Source of the DNA: an uncultured Alphaproteobacteria bacterium
GTDB taxonomy: Bacteria; Pseudomonadota; Alphaproteobacteria; HIMB59; GCA-002718135
NCBI GenBank assembly: GCA_902521325.1
Contig: CABYRE010000005.1
Coordinates: 9,115 to 73,114 of the forward strand
DNA: 64,000 nucleotides
Reading direction: 5' to 3'
In this document: positions 39,120-49,153 of the stretch, in pieces
Numbering within the stretch: the first letter of the stretch is position 1
How the letters are laid out: each line of letters starts with the position of its first letter
Position numbers and translations under genes: made by a program
The notes under the pieces: generated by a model
Database searches by the model: none
What the model was told of the DNA's origin: nothing
Seen by the model: only the letters and a program-made list of their open reading frames with translations

Positions 39120-39826
39120 CTTCAAAAAATCCAAGCATAATTTTAGTTAGACCTCAACTTCCTGAAAATATTGGAATGGTTGCTCGTGTAATGCACAACT
39201 TTGGTCTAAAAGATCTAATTGTTGTATCGCCAAGAAATAATTGGTTAAACAATAAATCAATAAATGCAGCAAAAAAAGCAACGAAAATTATTAAGAATAT
39301 TAAAGTTTATAATGATTTAGAAATTGCACTTTCTAACTTTTCTTATGTTGTGGCCACGACTAATAGAAAAAGATATTTGGAAAAAAATTCTACTAACGAT
39401 TTTAAATTCATTAAAAGAAAAATTATTGTTAATAAAAAAACAGCAATACTTTTTGGCCCTGAAAATTCAGGACTTTCAAATGAGGATTTGAAATTATCTG
39501 ATATTATTTTTACTATTGAAACAAGTAGTAAAAGTAATTCATTAAACCTTTCTCATGCAGTTACTATTTTAAGTCATAAATTATTTGAATTGAATAATTT
39601 TAAAATTACTAATTCAACTTCAATTGAAAAGGATAATATTAGTAAATATCAATTATCTAAATTCTTAAATTATATGATTGAGCAACTTGAAAATAAAAAA
39701 TTTTTTATTCCAAATGAAAAAAAAGAAAGCATGAAAAATAATATTTATAGCATTTTCACAAAAATACCTTTTAAGAAGAAAGAATTACAGACTTTATGGG
39801 GAATTACAAAAAAACTTAATAAATAA
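39116..39826 (+). CDS. trmJ: tRNA/rRNA methyltransferase, SPOUT (TrmJ-like)
   Basis: PQLPENIGMVARVMHNFG, FGPENSGL, SLNLSHAV. Confidence 0.85.
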   Translation: MTSKNPSIILVRPQLPENIGMVARVMHNFGLKDLIVVSPRNNWLNNKSINAAKKATKIIKNIKVYNDLEIALSNFSYVVATTNRKRYLEKNSTNDFKFIKRKIIVNKKTAILFGPENSGLSNEDLKLSDIIFTIETSSKSNSLNLSHAVTILSHKLFELNNFKITNSTSIEKDNISKYQLSKFLNYMIEQLENKKFFIPNEKKESMKNNIYSIFTKIPFKKKELQTLWGITKKLNK

Positions 39827-39849
39827 GCCAAAAATTGATTATATTAAAT

Positions 39850-39877
39850 TTGACATAGTACTTTAAATCACTATATA
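39850..39877 (+). promoter_or_regulatory. Sigma70-like promoter of rpsD
   Basis: TTGACA-N16-TATATA, about 12 nt upstream of the ATG. Confidence 0.5.
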
Positions 39878-39889
39878 CCCCTCATAATA

Positions 39890-40510
39890 ATGACAAAAAG
39901 ACATAGCGCTAAATACAAAATTGATAGAAGGTTAGGAGTAAATTTGTGGGGTAGACCTAAAAGCCCCTTTAATAGAAGAAACTCTAAGCCTGGTCAGCAC
40001 GGTGTACAGGGTCAAAGAAAAAAACTATCAGATTATGGTAACCAATTATTTGCTAAGCAAAAATTAAAATTTTATTATGGTGATCTGACTGAAAGACAAT
40101 TTAGAAATATTTTTAAAAAAGCCTCTAATATTAAAGGTGATACGAGTCAGATTTTAATTGAACTTTTAGAAAGAAGATTGGATGCTACAGTCTACAGGAT
40201 GAAATTTGTACCTACAATTTTTTCAGCAAGACAATTAGTTAATCATGGTCATGTAAAAGTTAATGGAAAAAGAGTTAATATACCATCTTATAGTGTCAGT
40301 GATGGAGATGAAATCTCAATAAGAGATAAAAGTAAAGAAATTAACTTAGTTGTAGAATCAGTTAGTTCTCAAGAAAGAGAAATTCCAGAATATCTAGAAG
40401 TGGATATAAAAGAGTTGAAAGGTCGCTTTTTAAGAGCACCTCTAATTCATGATGTTCCTTATCCTGTAACAATGGAACCAAATTTAGTTATTGAGTATTA
40501 TTCAAGATAA
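39890..40510 (+). CDS. rpsD: 30S ribosomal protein S4
   Basis: [48 protein letters not shown]. Confidence 0.98.
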   Translation: MTKRHSAKYKIDRRLGVNLWGRPKSPFNRRNSKPGQHGVQGQRKKLSDYGNQLFAKQKLKFYYGDLTERQFRNIFKKASNIKGDTSQILIELLERRLDATVYRMKFVPTIFSARQLVNHGHVKVNGKRVNIPSYSVSDGDEISIRDKSKEINLVVESVSSQEREIPEYLEVDIKELKGRFLRAPLIHDVPYPVTMEPNLVIEYYSR

Positions 40511-41387
40511 TTTCTTTTTTATAGCTATCATAAATATAGATTATTATTGCTATCCAAATAATTATAAAAGATGCTAATTTAATTTGTAAAATTTCTTCAT
40601 TAAGAATAAATACTGAAGTTATAAAATGAAATGTTGGTGCTAGATAAAATAAAACTCCAGCAAGACCTAATTGAATAAATTTTAAGCCCAAGTTAAAAAA
40701 AAATAATGGAAAAATTGTTACAGCTCCTGTTAGAATTAAAAATAATGATGTCTTCAAATCAATACTGAAGATACTATTTTCATTTTGCCAAAATAAATAT
40801 ATTAAATATGGTATAGATATTAAAGATATTATAAAAGTTTCATAAAGTAAACCAATTGAAGGGTTAACATTAACTTGTTTTCTTAATAATCCATATACTG
40901 CCCATGAGGTTCCAATCCAAATTATTAGGAATGGAAATTGATTTAAATTAATAAACAAAAATAATATTCCTGAAAACATAAGACATACAGATATAAATTT
41001 AGGTTTAGTTATTTTCTCATTTAAAAAAAAATAACCAAGAACAATACTGATCATTGGAGTAATAAAATAACCCATTGATGCATCCTGAACTCTTTCTTGC
41101 CCGACAGAATAAATAAAACCTGACCAATTACCTGCAATAAGAAAAGATGTAATTGTTAAAATAAAAATTTTTTTTCTAAATTTGAATATTTCAATAAAAT
41201 CATTTATGTTTGAAATCACTATTAATAATAAGAATAAAAAAATAAATGACCAGAAGCCTCTATGAGCTACCACTTCAATAGTCTCAACGTGATTTAGTTC
41301 ATTAAAAAAAAGAGGTTGTGGAAGTCCCCAAAAAATTGCTGCAATACAGGAAAATATTACACCTTTAGAAAATTTATTATTTAACAA
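40488..41387 (-). CDS. rarD: EamA family transporter RarD
   Basis: [32 protein letters not shown]; about 10 TM helices. Confidence 0.88.
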   Translation of the reverse strand: MLNNKFSKGVIFSCIAAIFWGLPQPLFFNELNHVETIEVVAHRGFWSFIFLFLLLIVISNINDFIEIFKFRKKIFILTITSFLIAGNWSGFIYSVGQERVQDASMGYFITPMISIVLGYFFLNEKITKPKFISVCLMFSGILFLFINLNQFPFLIIWIGTSWAVYGLLRKQVNVNPSIGLLYETFIISLISIPYLIYLFWQNENSIFSIDLKTSLFLILTGAVTIFPLFFFNLGLKFIQLGLAGVLFYLAPTFHFITSVFILNEEILQIKLASFIIIWIAIIIYIYDSYKKEIILNNTQ

Positions 41388-41388
41388 A

Positions 41389-41730
41389 CTAGGATGGGTT
41401 TACGTCTATTCCATTTGTATTGAATAATTCTAATAATTCACCACTTTCAAACATTTCAGTTATAATATCACACCCACCTATAAATTCTTTCTTAACATAA
41501 AGTTGTGGTATGGTTGGCCAGTTAGAGTATGTTTTAATACCTTCTCTCATTTCGTCACTCTCTAAGACATTTACACTCCCAAATTTAACACCTACTTTAT
41601 TTAATATTTCAACTACTCTTGCAGAAAATCCACACATTGGAAACACAGGGGTGCCCTTCATGAAAAGCATTACATCATTTGAGTTAATTTCATTTTCTAT
41701 ATTTTGAGATACATGGTCGTTATTATTCAT
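41389..41730 (-). CDS. grxD: Monothiol glutaredoxin Grx4
   Basis: FMKGTP.FPMCGFS, WPTIPQLYV, GGCDI. Confidence 0.95.
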   Translation of the reverse strand: MNNNDHVSQNIENEINSNDVMLFMKGTPVFPMCGFSARVVEILNKVGVKFGSVNVLESDEMREGIKTYSNWPTIPQLYVKKEFIGGCDIITEMFESGELLELFNTNGIDVNPS

Positions 41731-41732
41731 TA

Positions 41733-41963
41733 TTACTCCGATACAGTTTTTAGCTTAAGTGCGTGCAAATCACTACCCATTTTACCATTAAAAGCATCAT
41801 AAACCATCTTATGTTGTTCTACTCTTGTTTTTCCTGAAAATGATTTTGATATTACAGTAGCGCTGTAATGATCGCCATCTCCTTTAAGATCTTCAATTTC
41901 AACAGTTGCATCTGGTATAGCTTCTTTAATAAATTGCTCAATTTGTTCAACGGTCATTGGCAT
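41733..41963 (-). CDS. BolA family protein
   Basis: GDGDHY, F.GK.RV.QHKMVY, LHAL; adjacent to grxD. Confidence 0.92.
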   Translation of the reverse strand: MPMTVEQIEQFIKEAIPDATVEIEDLKGDGDHYSATVISKSFSGKTRVEQHKMVYDAFNGKMGSDLHALKLKTVSE

Positions 41964-42000
41964 AACTATAAAATAGTTCAGATATTAATAAAAATAAAGA

Positions 42001-43293
42001 CTATTTAATTTTATTTTTAAAAATCCAATCTATTTTCTTTAGATCTTTATCATCTTTAATGATTTTCACGATTTCTTTTGAATTTAATATTTTATTTAAT
42101 TCTTTATTTTTTTGAAAAACTTGGGAAAAATTCTTATTATTATTCCATGTTTCCATGGCACTTTCTTGAACAATTTTATAAGCTTGTTGTCTTTTCAGTC
42201 CTTTTTCAATTAATTTTAACATAATATTGTGAGTTCTATGTAAGCCACCAAGCATATTCAAATTTTTCAACATATTTTTTGGATAGACTTTTAAATTCTT
42301 TATAATTCCATTTAAACGATTCAGAGCAAAATCAGTTGCAATTGTAATATCTGGCGTCATAATTCTTTCAACACTTGAATGACTAATATCTCTCTCATGC
42401 CAGAGTACGACATTTTCAAGAGAGGGCATTACACCACTTCTAACATACCTTGAGATACCTGTTAAGTTCTCACTAAGTACTGGATTTCGTTTGTGAGGCA
42501 TTGCAGAAGAACCTTTTTGATTAGAAGAAAAACTTTCTTCAACTTCTAATACTTCTGTTTTTTGTAAATTTCGAATTTCCACAGCAAATCTTTCTATAGA
42601 AGATGCTAAAATTCCTAATACAGAGAAAAAATATGCATGTCTATCTCTTGGTATTACTTGAGTTGATATATCTTCTGAATTTAGCTTAAGTTTTTTTGCT
42701 ACATAATCTTGAACTCTTGGGTCTATAGAATTAAATGTGCCAACAGGTCCAGAAATAGCACAAACAGATATTTCATCAATTGCCTGATCAAGTCTTTCTA
42801 AATTTCTTTTAAACTCAAAATAAAAGGAAGATAATTTTAATCCAAAAGTAATAGGTTCAGCATGTATCCCATGACTTCTTCCAATCATTAATGTGTCTTT
42901 ATATTTTTTAGATTTAATTTTTAAACTTTGAATACATTCTACTAAACTTTTTCTTATTATTTCTGAGGTTTGCTTTAGTTGTACAGAAAATGAAGTATCA
43001 ATAATATCACTTGATGTTACACCAAAATGAAAATACTTTGATGAGTCGCCAATATATTTGCTTACATTATTAATATAAGCAACGACATCATGTTTTGTTT
43101 CTTTTTCAATTTTTTCTATTTCTTTAACATTAAATTTTGCTTTATTTCTTATTTCTTTTGAAGCTTTTTTAGGAATAACGCCGAGCATTGCTTGTTTTTC
43201 TGCAATCAAACACTCAATCTCTGTCCAAATTGTAAATTTATTTTCTAATGACCAAATCTTTTCAATTTTAGGTCTATTATATCTAGGTATCAT
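42001..43293 (-). CDS. purB: Adenylosuccinate lyase
   Basis: MIPRY, HDVVA, GRSHGIHAEP, GSSAMPHKRNP, WHERDISHSSVER. Confidence 0.97.
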   Translation of the reverse strand: MIPRYNRPKIEKIWSLENKFTIWTEIECLIAEKQAMLGVIPKKASKEIRNKAKFNVKEIEKIEKETKHDVVAYINNVSKYIGDSSKYFHFGVTSSDIIDTSFSVQLKQTSEIIRKSLVECIQSLKIKSKKYKDTLMIGRSHGIHAEPITFGLKLSSFYFEFKRNLERLDQAIDEISVCAISGPVGTFNSIDPRVQDYVAKKLKLNSEDISTQVIPRDRHAYFFSVLGILASSIERFAVEIRNLQKTEVLEVEESFSSNQKGSSAMPHKRNPVLSENLTGISRYVRSGVMPSLENVVLWHERDISHSSVERIMTPDITIATDFALNRLNGIIKNLKVYPKNMLKNLNMLGGLHRTHNIMLKLIEKGLKRQQAYKIVQESAMETWNNNKNFSQVFQKNKELNKILNSKEIVKIIKDDKDLKKIDWIFKNKIK

Positions 43294-43302
43294 TTAATCT
43301 AC

Positions 43303-44097
43303 TTATACATCCTTTATTGGAAAAGCTGTATTATTTTTAGATAATGTAAATATTTCATTTCCTTCTTCTGTTATTCCAATTGTATGCTCGAATTGAGCAG
43401 ATAAAGATTTATCTTTTGTTACAGCTGTCCATCCATCATTTAGTATTTTTGTTTGCCACCCACCTAAATTAATCATTGGTTCAATTGTTAAAAACATTCC
43501 AGGTTCTAACATAGGTCCCTCACCTGGTTCTCCAAAGTGTAAAACACTAGGTGGAGTATGAAATTCTTTTCCAATTCCATGACCACAAAAATCTCTTACT
43601 ACAGAATAACCTTTTCCTTCAGCAAGTTTCTGAATTTTATTTCCAATATCACCAATATGCTTACCAGGTTTAGCTTCACTAATACCAATTAATAAAGATT
43701 CATAAGTTGTTTTTAAAAATTCATAATTTTTTTTATTTGTCTTGCCTGCTACAAACATTCTGGAACTATCACCATGCCAACCATTTAGAATAACTGTTAC
43801 ATCTACATTTACTATATCACCATCAGATAGAATTTTTCTTTCAGAAGGAATTCCATGACAAACAACATGATTTACAGATGTACAAACTGATTTTGGGAAA
43901 CCTTTATAATTTAAAGGAGCAGGTATTGCTTTATTTTGAATAATTTGATCATGACATATGTCATTTATTTCTTGAGTACATATTCCTGGAGCAATCTTTT
44001 CACTTAAAGAATCTAGAACATCAGCAGCTAAAGAACCAGCCTCCCTCATGCCCTCAAAATCTTTTTTCGTATGTATTGGGATATTGTTGTTTCTCAT
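43303..44097 (-). CDS. map: Methionine aminopeptidase type I
   Basis: CTSVNHVVCHGIP, DVTVI..GWHGDSSRM, GHGIG, TIEPMIN, SAQFEHT. Confidence 0.97.
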   Translation of the reverse strand: MRNNNIPIHTKKDFEGMREAGSLAADVLDSLSEKIAPGICTQEINDICHDQIIQNKAIPAPLNYKGFPKSVCTSVNHVVCHGIPSERKILSDGDIVNVDVTVILNGWHGDSSRMFVAGKTNKKNYEFLKTTYESLLIGISEAKPGKHIGDIGNKIQKLAEGKGYSVVRDFCGHGIGKEFHTPPSVLHFGEPGEGPMLEPGMFLTIEPMINLGGWQTKILNDGWTAVTKDKSLSAQFEHTIGITEEGNEIFTLSKNNTAFPIKDV

Positions 44098-44154
44098 TTA
44101 AAAAATAATTACTTACGATTAATAAATAATATATAGAAAATATCAATTAATCAT

Positions 44155-44901
44155 ATGAGTTCTTTTACTGCAGGTGTTATTGTTATTGGTGATGAAATAC
44201 TTTCTGGTAGAACTCAAGATACAAACTCAAATTATATTGCAAAAAAATTATTAGAAGCTGGTATTAAGTTAGAAGAAGTTATTGTTATTCAGGATGATAA
44301 AAAAACAATAATAGAAAATGTTTTAAAATATAGCTCAAAATATTCTTATGTTTTTACTACTGGAGGAATTGGACCAACTCATGATGATATAACTTCAGAA
44401 AGTATATCTGAAGCCTTTAATTTACAATATGAAACAAATAAAATGGCTTTTGAGATTCTTGAAAATTATTATCCAAAAGGTGAATTTAATGAAAGTAGGC
44501 AAAGAATGGCCAAAATGCCATATGGTTCAGAGCTTATTTTAAATCCTATGACTGCTGCACCTGGATTTATTGTAAAAAATATTTATGTTTTACCCGGTGT
44601 GCCAGAAATAATGCAAGTTATGTTTGAGGAATTATTGAAAAAAATTAAAAAAGGTAACCCCAAACTTGTTACAACAATTAATACTAATTTATACGAAAGT
44701 AAAATTGCAAAAAATTTAAAAAATATTCAAAACAATTATATAAATGCATCAATCGGTAGTTACCCATATTTTAATCTTGCAGCTAAAACAGGTGGTGTTA
44801 ACATAGTTGTTTCATCATGGGATATGAAATCTATCCAACCAATAGTTGATGATATAACTAAGATGATTGAATTAAATGGTGGAAAAAGTTCTATAGTTTG
44901 A
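44155..44901 (+). CDS. CinA-like molybdopterin-binding domain protein (competence/damage-inducible)
   Basis: IGDEILSGRTQDTN, TTGGIGPTHDDIT, LPGVP, IGSYP. Confidence 0.9.
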   Translation: MSSFTAGVIVIGDEILSGRTQDTNSNYIAKKLLEAGIKLEEVIVIQDDKKTIIENVLKYSSKYSYVFTTGGIGPTHDDITSESISEAFNLQYETNKMAFEILENYYPKGEFNESRQRMAKMPYGSELILNPMTAAPGFIVKNIYVLPGVPEIMQVMFEELLKKIKKGNPKLVTTINTNLYESKIAKNLKNIQNNYINASIGSYPYFNLAAKTGGVNIVVSSWDMKSIQPIVDDITKMIELNGGKSSIV

Positions 44902-44916
44902 TATTAATCCAAAATA

Positions 44917-45001
44917 GGCCTCGTGGTGGAATGGTAGACACAAAGGACTTAAAATCCTTGCCCTTTTGGGAGTGCCGGTTCAAGTCCGGCCGAGGCTACC
45001 A
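44917..45001 (+). tRNA. tRNA-Leu (anticodon TAA)
   Basis: Acceptor GGCCTCG/CGAGGCT, D-loop GGAATGGTAGAC, anticodon arm AAGGA-CTTAAAA-TCCTT, long variable arm, GGTTCAAGTCC, encoded CCA. Confidence 0.97.
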
Positions 45002-45012
45002 ATATATAAATT

Positions 45013-45387
45013 ATGTTTGCTTTTATTACCATTGGAACAAATAATTTAAAAAAATCATCTTCATTTTATAGTAAAATTTTAAAACCTCTAAAAATTAAAA
45101 AAATTTTATCTCATAATCGTTATTATGGTTATGCTAAAAAAGAAACTCCTAAAAAAATAGAATTATACTTGATTAGACCTCATAACAAAAAAAAAGCAAC
45201 CATAGGAAATGGTACAATGATTACATTTAAAGCTAATTCTAAAAAAACTGTTAATGAATTTTATAAAATTGGAATTAGTCTTGGAGCAAAAGATGAAGGA
45301 ATGCCTGGGCCTAGACATGGTAAAGATTATTATGCATATTTAAGGGATTTAGATGGCAACAAGATTTGTATTTTTAAAAAAATTTGA
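45013..45387 (+). CDS. VOC/glyoxalase family protein
   Basis: ITIGTNNL, GNGTMI, GAKDEG.PGPR, YYAYLRDLDGNKI. Confidence 0.9.
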   Translation: MFAFITIGTNNLKKSSSFYSKILKPLKIKKILSHNRYYGYAKKETPKKIELYLIRPHNKKKATIGNGTMITFKANSKKTVNEFYKIGISLGAKDEGMPGPRHGKDYYAYLRDLDGNKICIFKKI

Positions 45388-45389
45388 TC

Positions 45390-46148
45390 TTAAAAATTAA
45401 ATTGTTCATTCAAAATTTTATCTTCAATAGAGTGTTTACTATCGAACAATACAGTACATTTATTTTCATCTGAAGAAACAATATTGACTCTACTAATATC
45501 TCTAAATTCAACATTGTCTGCAGTTACGCTAGATGAGCGTTCATCATTATTTAACACTTCAAAATCAATTTTACTAATTTCAGATAACAGAGCACCTCTC
45601 CATCTCCTTGGTCTAAAGGCACTGATTGGAGTTAATGCAAGTATATTTGAGTCTAAAGGTAGAATACTGCCATGAGCGGATAGATTATAAGCTGTACTTC
45701 CAGCTGATGTAGATAACAAAACTCCATCACATATCAATTCTTCCATTTTTACTTTCTCATTTATCTTGATTTTAATTTTTGATGCCAAATGAGTCTGTCT
45801 CATAAGAGAAACTTCATTATATGCATATGCCTCAAAGATTTCATTATTAACACTTTGTGCAGTCATTTTTAATGGTTTAAAAGTAGATTTTTTAGCATTG
45901 GTAATCATGTCATTTAAATTTTCATTACTAAGATTATTCATTAAAAACCCAATTGAACCAAAGTTTATTCCAAAAAATGGTTTGTTTAGTTGATTAAAAT
46001 TATGAAGTGATTTTAAAAGCAATCCATCGCCTCCAATTGGAATAATGTAGTCGGCATCTTCCACAGAATTTTGTCCAAATAATTCTGTTAGTTTTTTTTC
46101 TGTATTTTTTGCCTCAGGATTGTTTGATGATAAAAAATGAAATTTCAT
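45390..46148 (-). CDS. nadK: NAD kinase
   Basis: GGDGLLL, GS.GFLMN, NEVSL, DGVL.ST.AGSTAYNLSAHG. Confidence 0.93.
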   Translation of the reverse strand: MKFHFLSSNNPEAKNTEKKLTELFGQNSVEDADYIIPIGGDGLLLKSLHNFNQLNKPFFGINFGSIGFLMNNLSNENLNDMITNAKKSTFKPLKMTAQSVNNEIFEAYAYNEVSLMRQTHLASKIKIKINEKVKMEELICDGVLLSTSAGSTAYNLSAHGSILPLDSNILALTPISAFRPRRWRGALLSEISKIDFEVLNNDERSSSVTADNVEFRDISRVNIVSSDENKCTVLFDSKHSIEDKILNEQFNF

Positions 46149-47140
46149 TATCCACCTGTTACGTTCATATGTCTTTTCATATATTTATTAATTTTTTCTC
46201 CAATCATAAAATCATGTTGTTTTGGTTTAATATTAAGAGCAAACTTAATTTTTTCTTTTATATAATCATCACTATAATCTTTTCTCATTATTTCTCTAAA
46301 ATCAACAAAGTCATTCTGACCAAGGCACATAAAAAGTTTACCAGTGCTTGATATTCTTACTCTATTGCAAGAGGCACAAAAATTATTTGTTAAAGGACTT
46401 ATAAACCCAATTTTATTAGACACCAAATCACTAGTATAAAATCTAGCTGGACCTCCAGTACTGTAATCAATTTTCGAAAATTTATATATTTTGTCTAGTT
46501 TTTCAAAAGTGTCAGATAGTGAGATAAACTGATATTCTCTCGATATATCAGTTTCTTCCATTGGCATTACTTCAATAAATGTAAGATCAATTTTTTTATT
46601 ACTAGACCAATTAATTAATTCTTCAATTTCATTTTCATTAAAATCTTTAATTACTACAGTATTAATTTTTATTTTTATATTGGCATCAAGTGCTTCATTA
46701 ATTCCATCAAAAACTTTTTCAATATTTCCAAATCTTGTTATTTTATTATATTTTTCAGGATTAATTGTATCTAGAGAAACATTAATCCTATCAACGCCAT
46801 TTAGCTTAAGTTGTTTTGCATATTTTTTTAATAATGTGCCATTTGTTGTGAGTGTTATTTCCTTTAGATTTGTTTCTTTTTTTTTGGTATTAAGTTTCCC
46901 GATTAATTTTATAATATCATTTCTTACCAAAGGTTCTCCTCCAGTTAATCTAATTTTTTCAACTCCGAGTTCTATAAAGTTGTCACACAATCTTTCAATT
47001 TCTTCTAAAGTGAGTATGTCTTTTCGTGGGAGAAATTGCATTTTTTCTTTCATACAATAAACACATCTCAGATCGCATCTATCTGTAACAGATACTCTTA
47101 GATAATTTACTTTTCTTAAATATTGATCAATTAGTTGCAT
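46148..47140 (-). CDS. moaA: GTP 3',8-cyclase (radical SAM)
   Basis: LRVSVTDRCDLRCVYCM, RLTGGEPL, FCASCNRVR, C-terminal GG. Confidence 0.97.
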   Translation of the reverse strand: MQLIDQYLRKVNYLRVSVTDRCDLRCVYCMKEKMQFLPRKDILTLEEIERLCDNFIELGVEKIRLTGGEPLVRNDIIKLIGKLNTKKKETNLKEITLTTNGTLLKKYAKQLKLNGVDRINVSLDTINPEKYNKITRFGNIEKVFDGINEALDANIKIKINTVVIKDFNENEIEELINWSSNKKIDLTFIEVMPMEETDISREYQFISLSDTFEKLDKIYKFSKIDYSTGGPARFYTSDLVSNKIGFISPLTNNFCASCNRVRISSTGKLFMCLGQNDFVDFREIMRKDYSDDYIKEKIKFALNIKPKQHDFMIGEKINKYMKRHMNVTGG

Positions 47141-47324
47141 TTATATTAATTATTTTTAATTCAACTTCTCTAGGGTTAATAGTTTTTTTTCCAACATTTT
47201 CAAAATTTATTGTAACGATATTGTTAATACATGATTGCACTTGACCAATTCCCCATTCTTTTTCTTTGCTGACATTTACAACAAAAGTACCTGGTGTAAG
47301 ATCACCTATATAAAAATCTGACAT
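47127..47324 (-). CDS. DUF3553 family small protein
   Basis: WGIGQVQS...TINFEN.GK..I motif. Confidence 0.8.
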   Translation of the reverse strand: MSDFYIGDLTPGTFVVNVSKEKEWGIGQVQSCINNIVTINFENVGKKTINPREVELKIININATN

Positions 47325-47333
47325 TAAAAAAAA

Positions 47334-47741
47334 TTAACTTATTCTTTTTTCTGCTTTTTCATGCATTTCTTGAGCCTCTAAACTCAATGTTGCAACTGGT
47401 CTTGCTTCTAATCTTTTGATACTGATTGGATCACCTGTTTCATCACAATAACCATATGAACCATCTTCAATTCTTTGAAGGGCGGCATCAATTTTATTAA
47501 TTAGTTTTCTTTCTCTATCTCTAGTTCTAAGTTCGAAAGATCTATCTATTTCTTCAGATGCTCTATCAGTTATGTCAGGTTTTGTTTCATTCTCATTCTG
47601 AAGATTATTTAAAGTCTGAGATGATTCCTTGAGTAAATCTTTTTTCCAACTTACTAATTTTTGCCTAAAATATTCTTTCATTTTGGCATTCATGAATTTT
47701 TCTTTCTGAGTTGGTTTATAATTTTTAGGTAATTTAGTCAT
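47334..47741 (-). CDS. dksA: RNA polymerase-binding protein DksA (alphaproteobacterial type)
   Basis: YFRQKL..WK, DITDRAS.E, RTRDRERKLI.KI, GYC.ETG.PI...RLEARP.A; start moved to ATG 47741. Confidence 0.95.
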   Translation of the reverse strand: MTKLPKNYKPTQKEKFMNAKMKEYFRQKLVSWKKDLLKESSQTLNNLQNENETKPDITDRASEEIDRSFELRTRDRERKLINKIDAALQRIEDGSYGYCDETGDPISIKRLEARPVATLSLEAQEMHEKAEKRIS

Positions 47742-47855
47742 AATTTTAAAACGGTGCTGATTTATCAAATGATTTTATTTATTCAAGCAATATTGAAATT
47801 TTATTAATTATAAATAATTCATATTTTTCAATATGTTAATCAAATTTTCATAAAA

Positions 47856-47896
47856 GAACAAAAATAGAACTTTTAAAAATAGAACAAAGCGTGTAC
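47856..47896 (+). promoter_or_regulatory. Two alphaproteobacterial LexA (SOS) boxes upstream of recA
   Basis: GAAC-N7-GAAC (47856-47870) and GAAC-N7-GTAC (47882-47896). Confidence 0.8.
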
Positions 47897-47955
47897 AAGT
47901 AAACATCATTTGCAAGAATCTTAATAAAAACATAGGAAATTAATGGAGAAATTTA

Positions 47956-49068
47956 ATGTCTCAAGCTAAATTAAAAGTAGTAAATAACGAAAATTCAATG
48001 GATAAAGAAAACAGAAGTAAGTCTCTAGAAGCCGCTGTAAGCCTTATAGAGAAAAATTATGGAAAAGGCTCAATAATGAAATTGGGCTCTAAAACAAACG
48101 TAGATATTGAAGCAATATCTACCGGTTCATTAGGACTTGATATAGCTCTTGGTATTGGAGGAGTTCCAAAGGGGAGAATTATTGAAATTTATGGACCTGA
48201 AAGTTCTGGTAAAACTACTTTAGCTACTCATATTGTTGCAGAGTCACAAAAACAAGGCGGTAATTGCGCATTTATAGATGCAGAGCACGCTCTAGATCCA
48301 GCATATGCAAAGAAACTAGGTGTAAATTTAGAAGAATTATTAATCTCTCAGCCTGATACAGGAGAACAAGGTTTAGAAATTGCTGATTCTTTGATTAAAT
48401 CTGGAGGTATTGATGTGCTAGTTATTGACTCAGTTGCGGCACTTGTACCAAGAGCTGAATTAGAAGGCGATATGGGAGATTCATTACCTGGTTTACAAGC
48501 TAGATTAATGAGTCAGGCTTTAAGAAAACTCACAAGTTCTATTGCTCAATCAAACACTCTAGTTGTATTCATAAATCAGCTTAGAATGAAAATTGGCGTT
48601 ATGTTTGGCAGCCCTGAGACAACTACAGGTGGTAATGCTTTAAAATTTTATTCTTCTGTTAGAATGGACATTAGAAGAATTGGTGCAATAAAAGATAAAG
48701 ATGAAATCATTGGAAATCAAACTAGAGTTAAGATAGTTAAAAACAAAGTCGCGCCTCCATTCAAAGTTGTTGAATTTGATATAATGTACGGAGAGGGGAT
48801 ATCTAAATTAGGTGAATTAGTTGATTTAGGTGTCAAAGCAGAAATTATTGATAAATCTGGATCATGGTTTGCTTACAAAAATACTAAAATAGGACAAGGT
48901 AGAGAAAACGTTAAAAACTTTCTTAATGACAATCCCACTATAGCTAAAGAAATTGAAAATCAAATTCTGCAAAATGCTGGAATAGTTGAAAAAGCTATGA
49001 TGGAAGGAAAAGTAGAGAATAAAGAAAAAGAAAAAGAAGCCAAAGAAGCTGAAGAAATAAAAGAATAG
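47956..49068 (+). CDS. recA: Recombinase RecA
   Basis: [44 protein letters not shown]. Confidence 0.99.
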   Translation: MSQAKLKVVNNENSMDKENRSKSLEAAVSLIEKNYGKGSIMKLGSKTNVDIEAISTGSLGLDIALGIGGVPKGRIIEIYGPESSGKTTLATHIVAESQKQGGNCAFIDAEHALDPAYAKKLGVNLEELLISQPDTGEQGLEIADSLIKSGGIDVLVIDSVAALVPRAELEGDMGDSLPGLQARLMSQALRKLTSSIAQSNTLVVFINQLRMKIGVMFGSPETTTGGNALKFYSSVRMDIRRIGAIKDKDEIIGNQTRVKIVKNKVAPPFKVVEFDIMYGEGISKLGELVDLGVKAEIIDKSGSWFAYKNTKIGQGRENVKNFLNDNPTIAKEIENQILQNAGIVEKAMMEGKVENKEKEKEAKEAEEIKE

Positions 49069-49086
49069 TAAATATTATTTTTGTCT

Positions 49087-49115
49087 GGCGCCTATTAAAA
49101 AATAGGCGCTTTTTT
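49087..49115 (+). terminator. Rho-independent terminator after recA
   Basis: GGCGCCTATT-AAAA-AATAGGCGCT followed by a T-run. Confidence 0.85.
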
Positions 49116-49153
49116 ATTTAGACAATAGAGTTTTCAAGTTATAATACCTTTTC

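Noticed and set aside
40488-40510. Convergent 3' overlaps (rpsD/rarD, potI/puuA-like, alaS/icd) as an antisense regulatory system
   Set aside because: Short overlaps and abutting stop codons are routine in streamlined AT-rich genomes.
44917-45387. tRNA-Leu as an integration site or island boundary
   Set aside because: No integrase and no duplicated tRNA 3' end were seen, and the flanking genes are ordinary.
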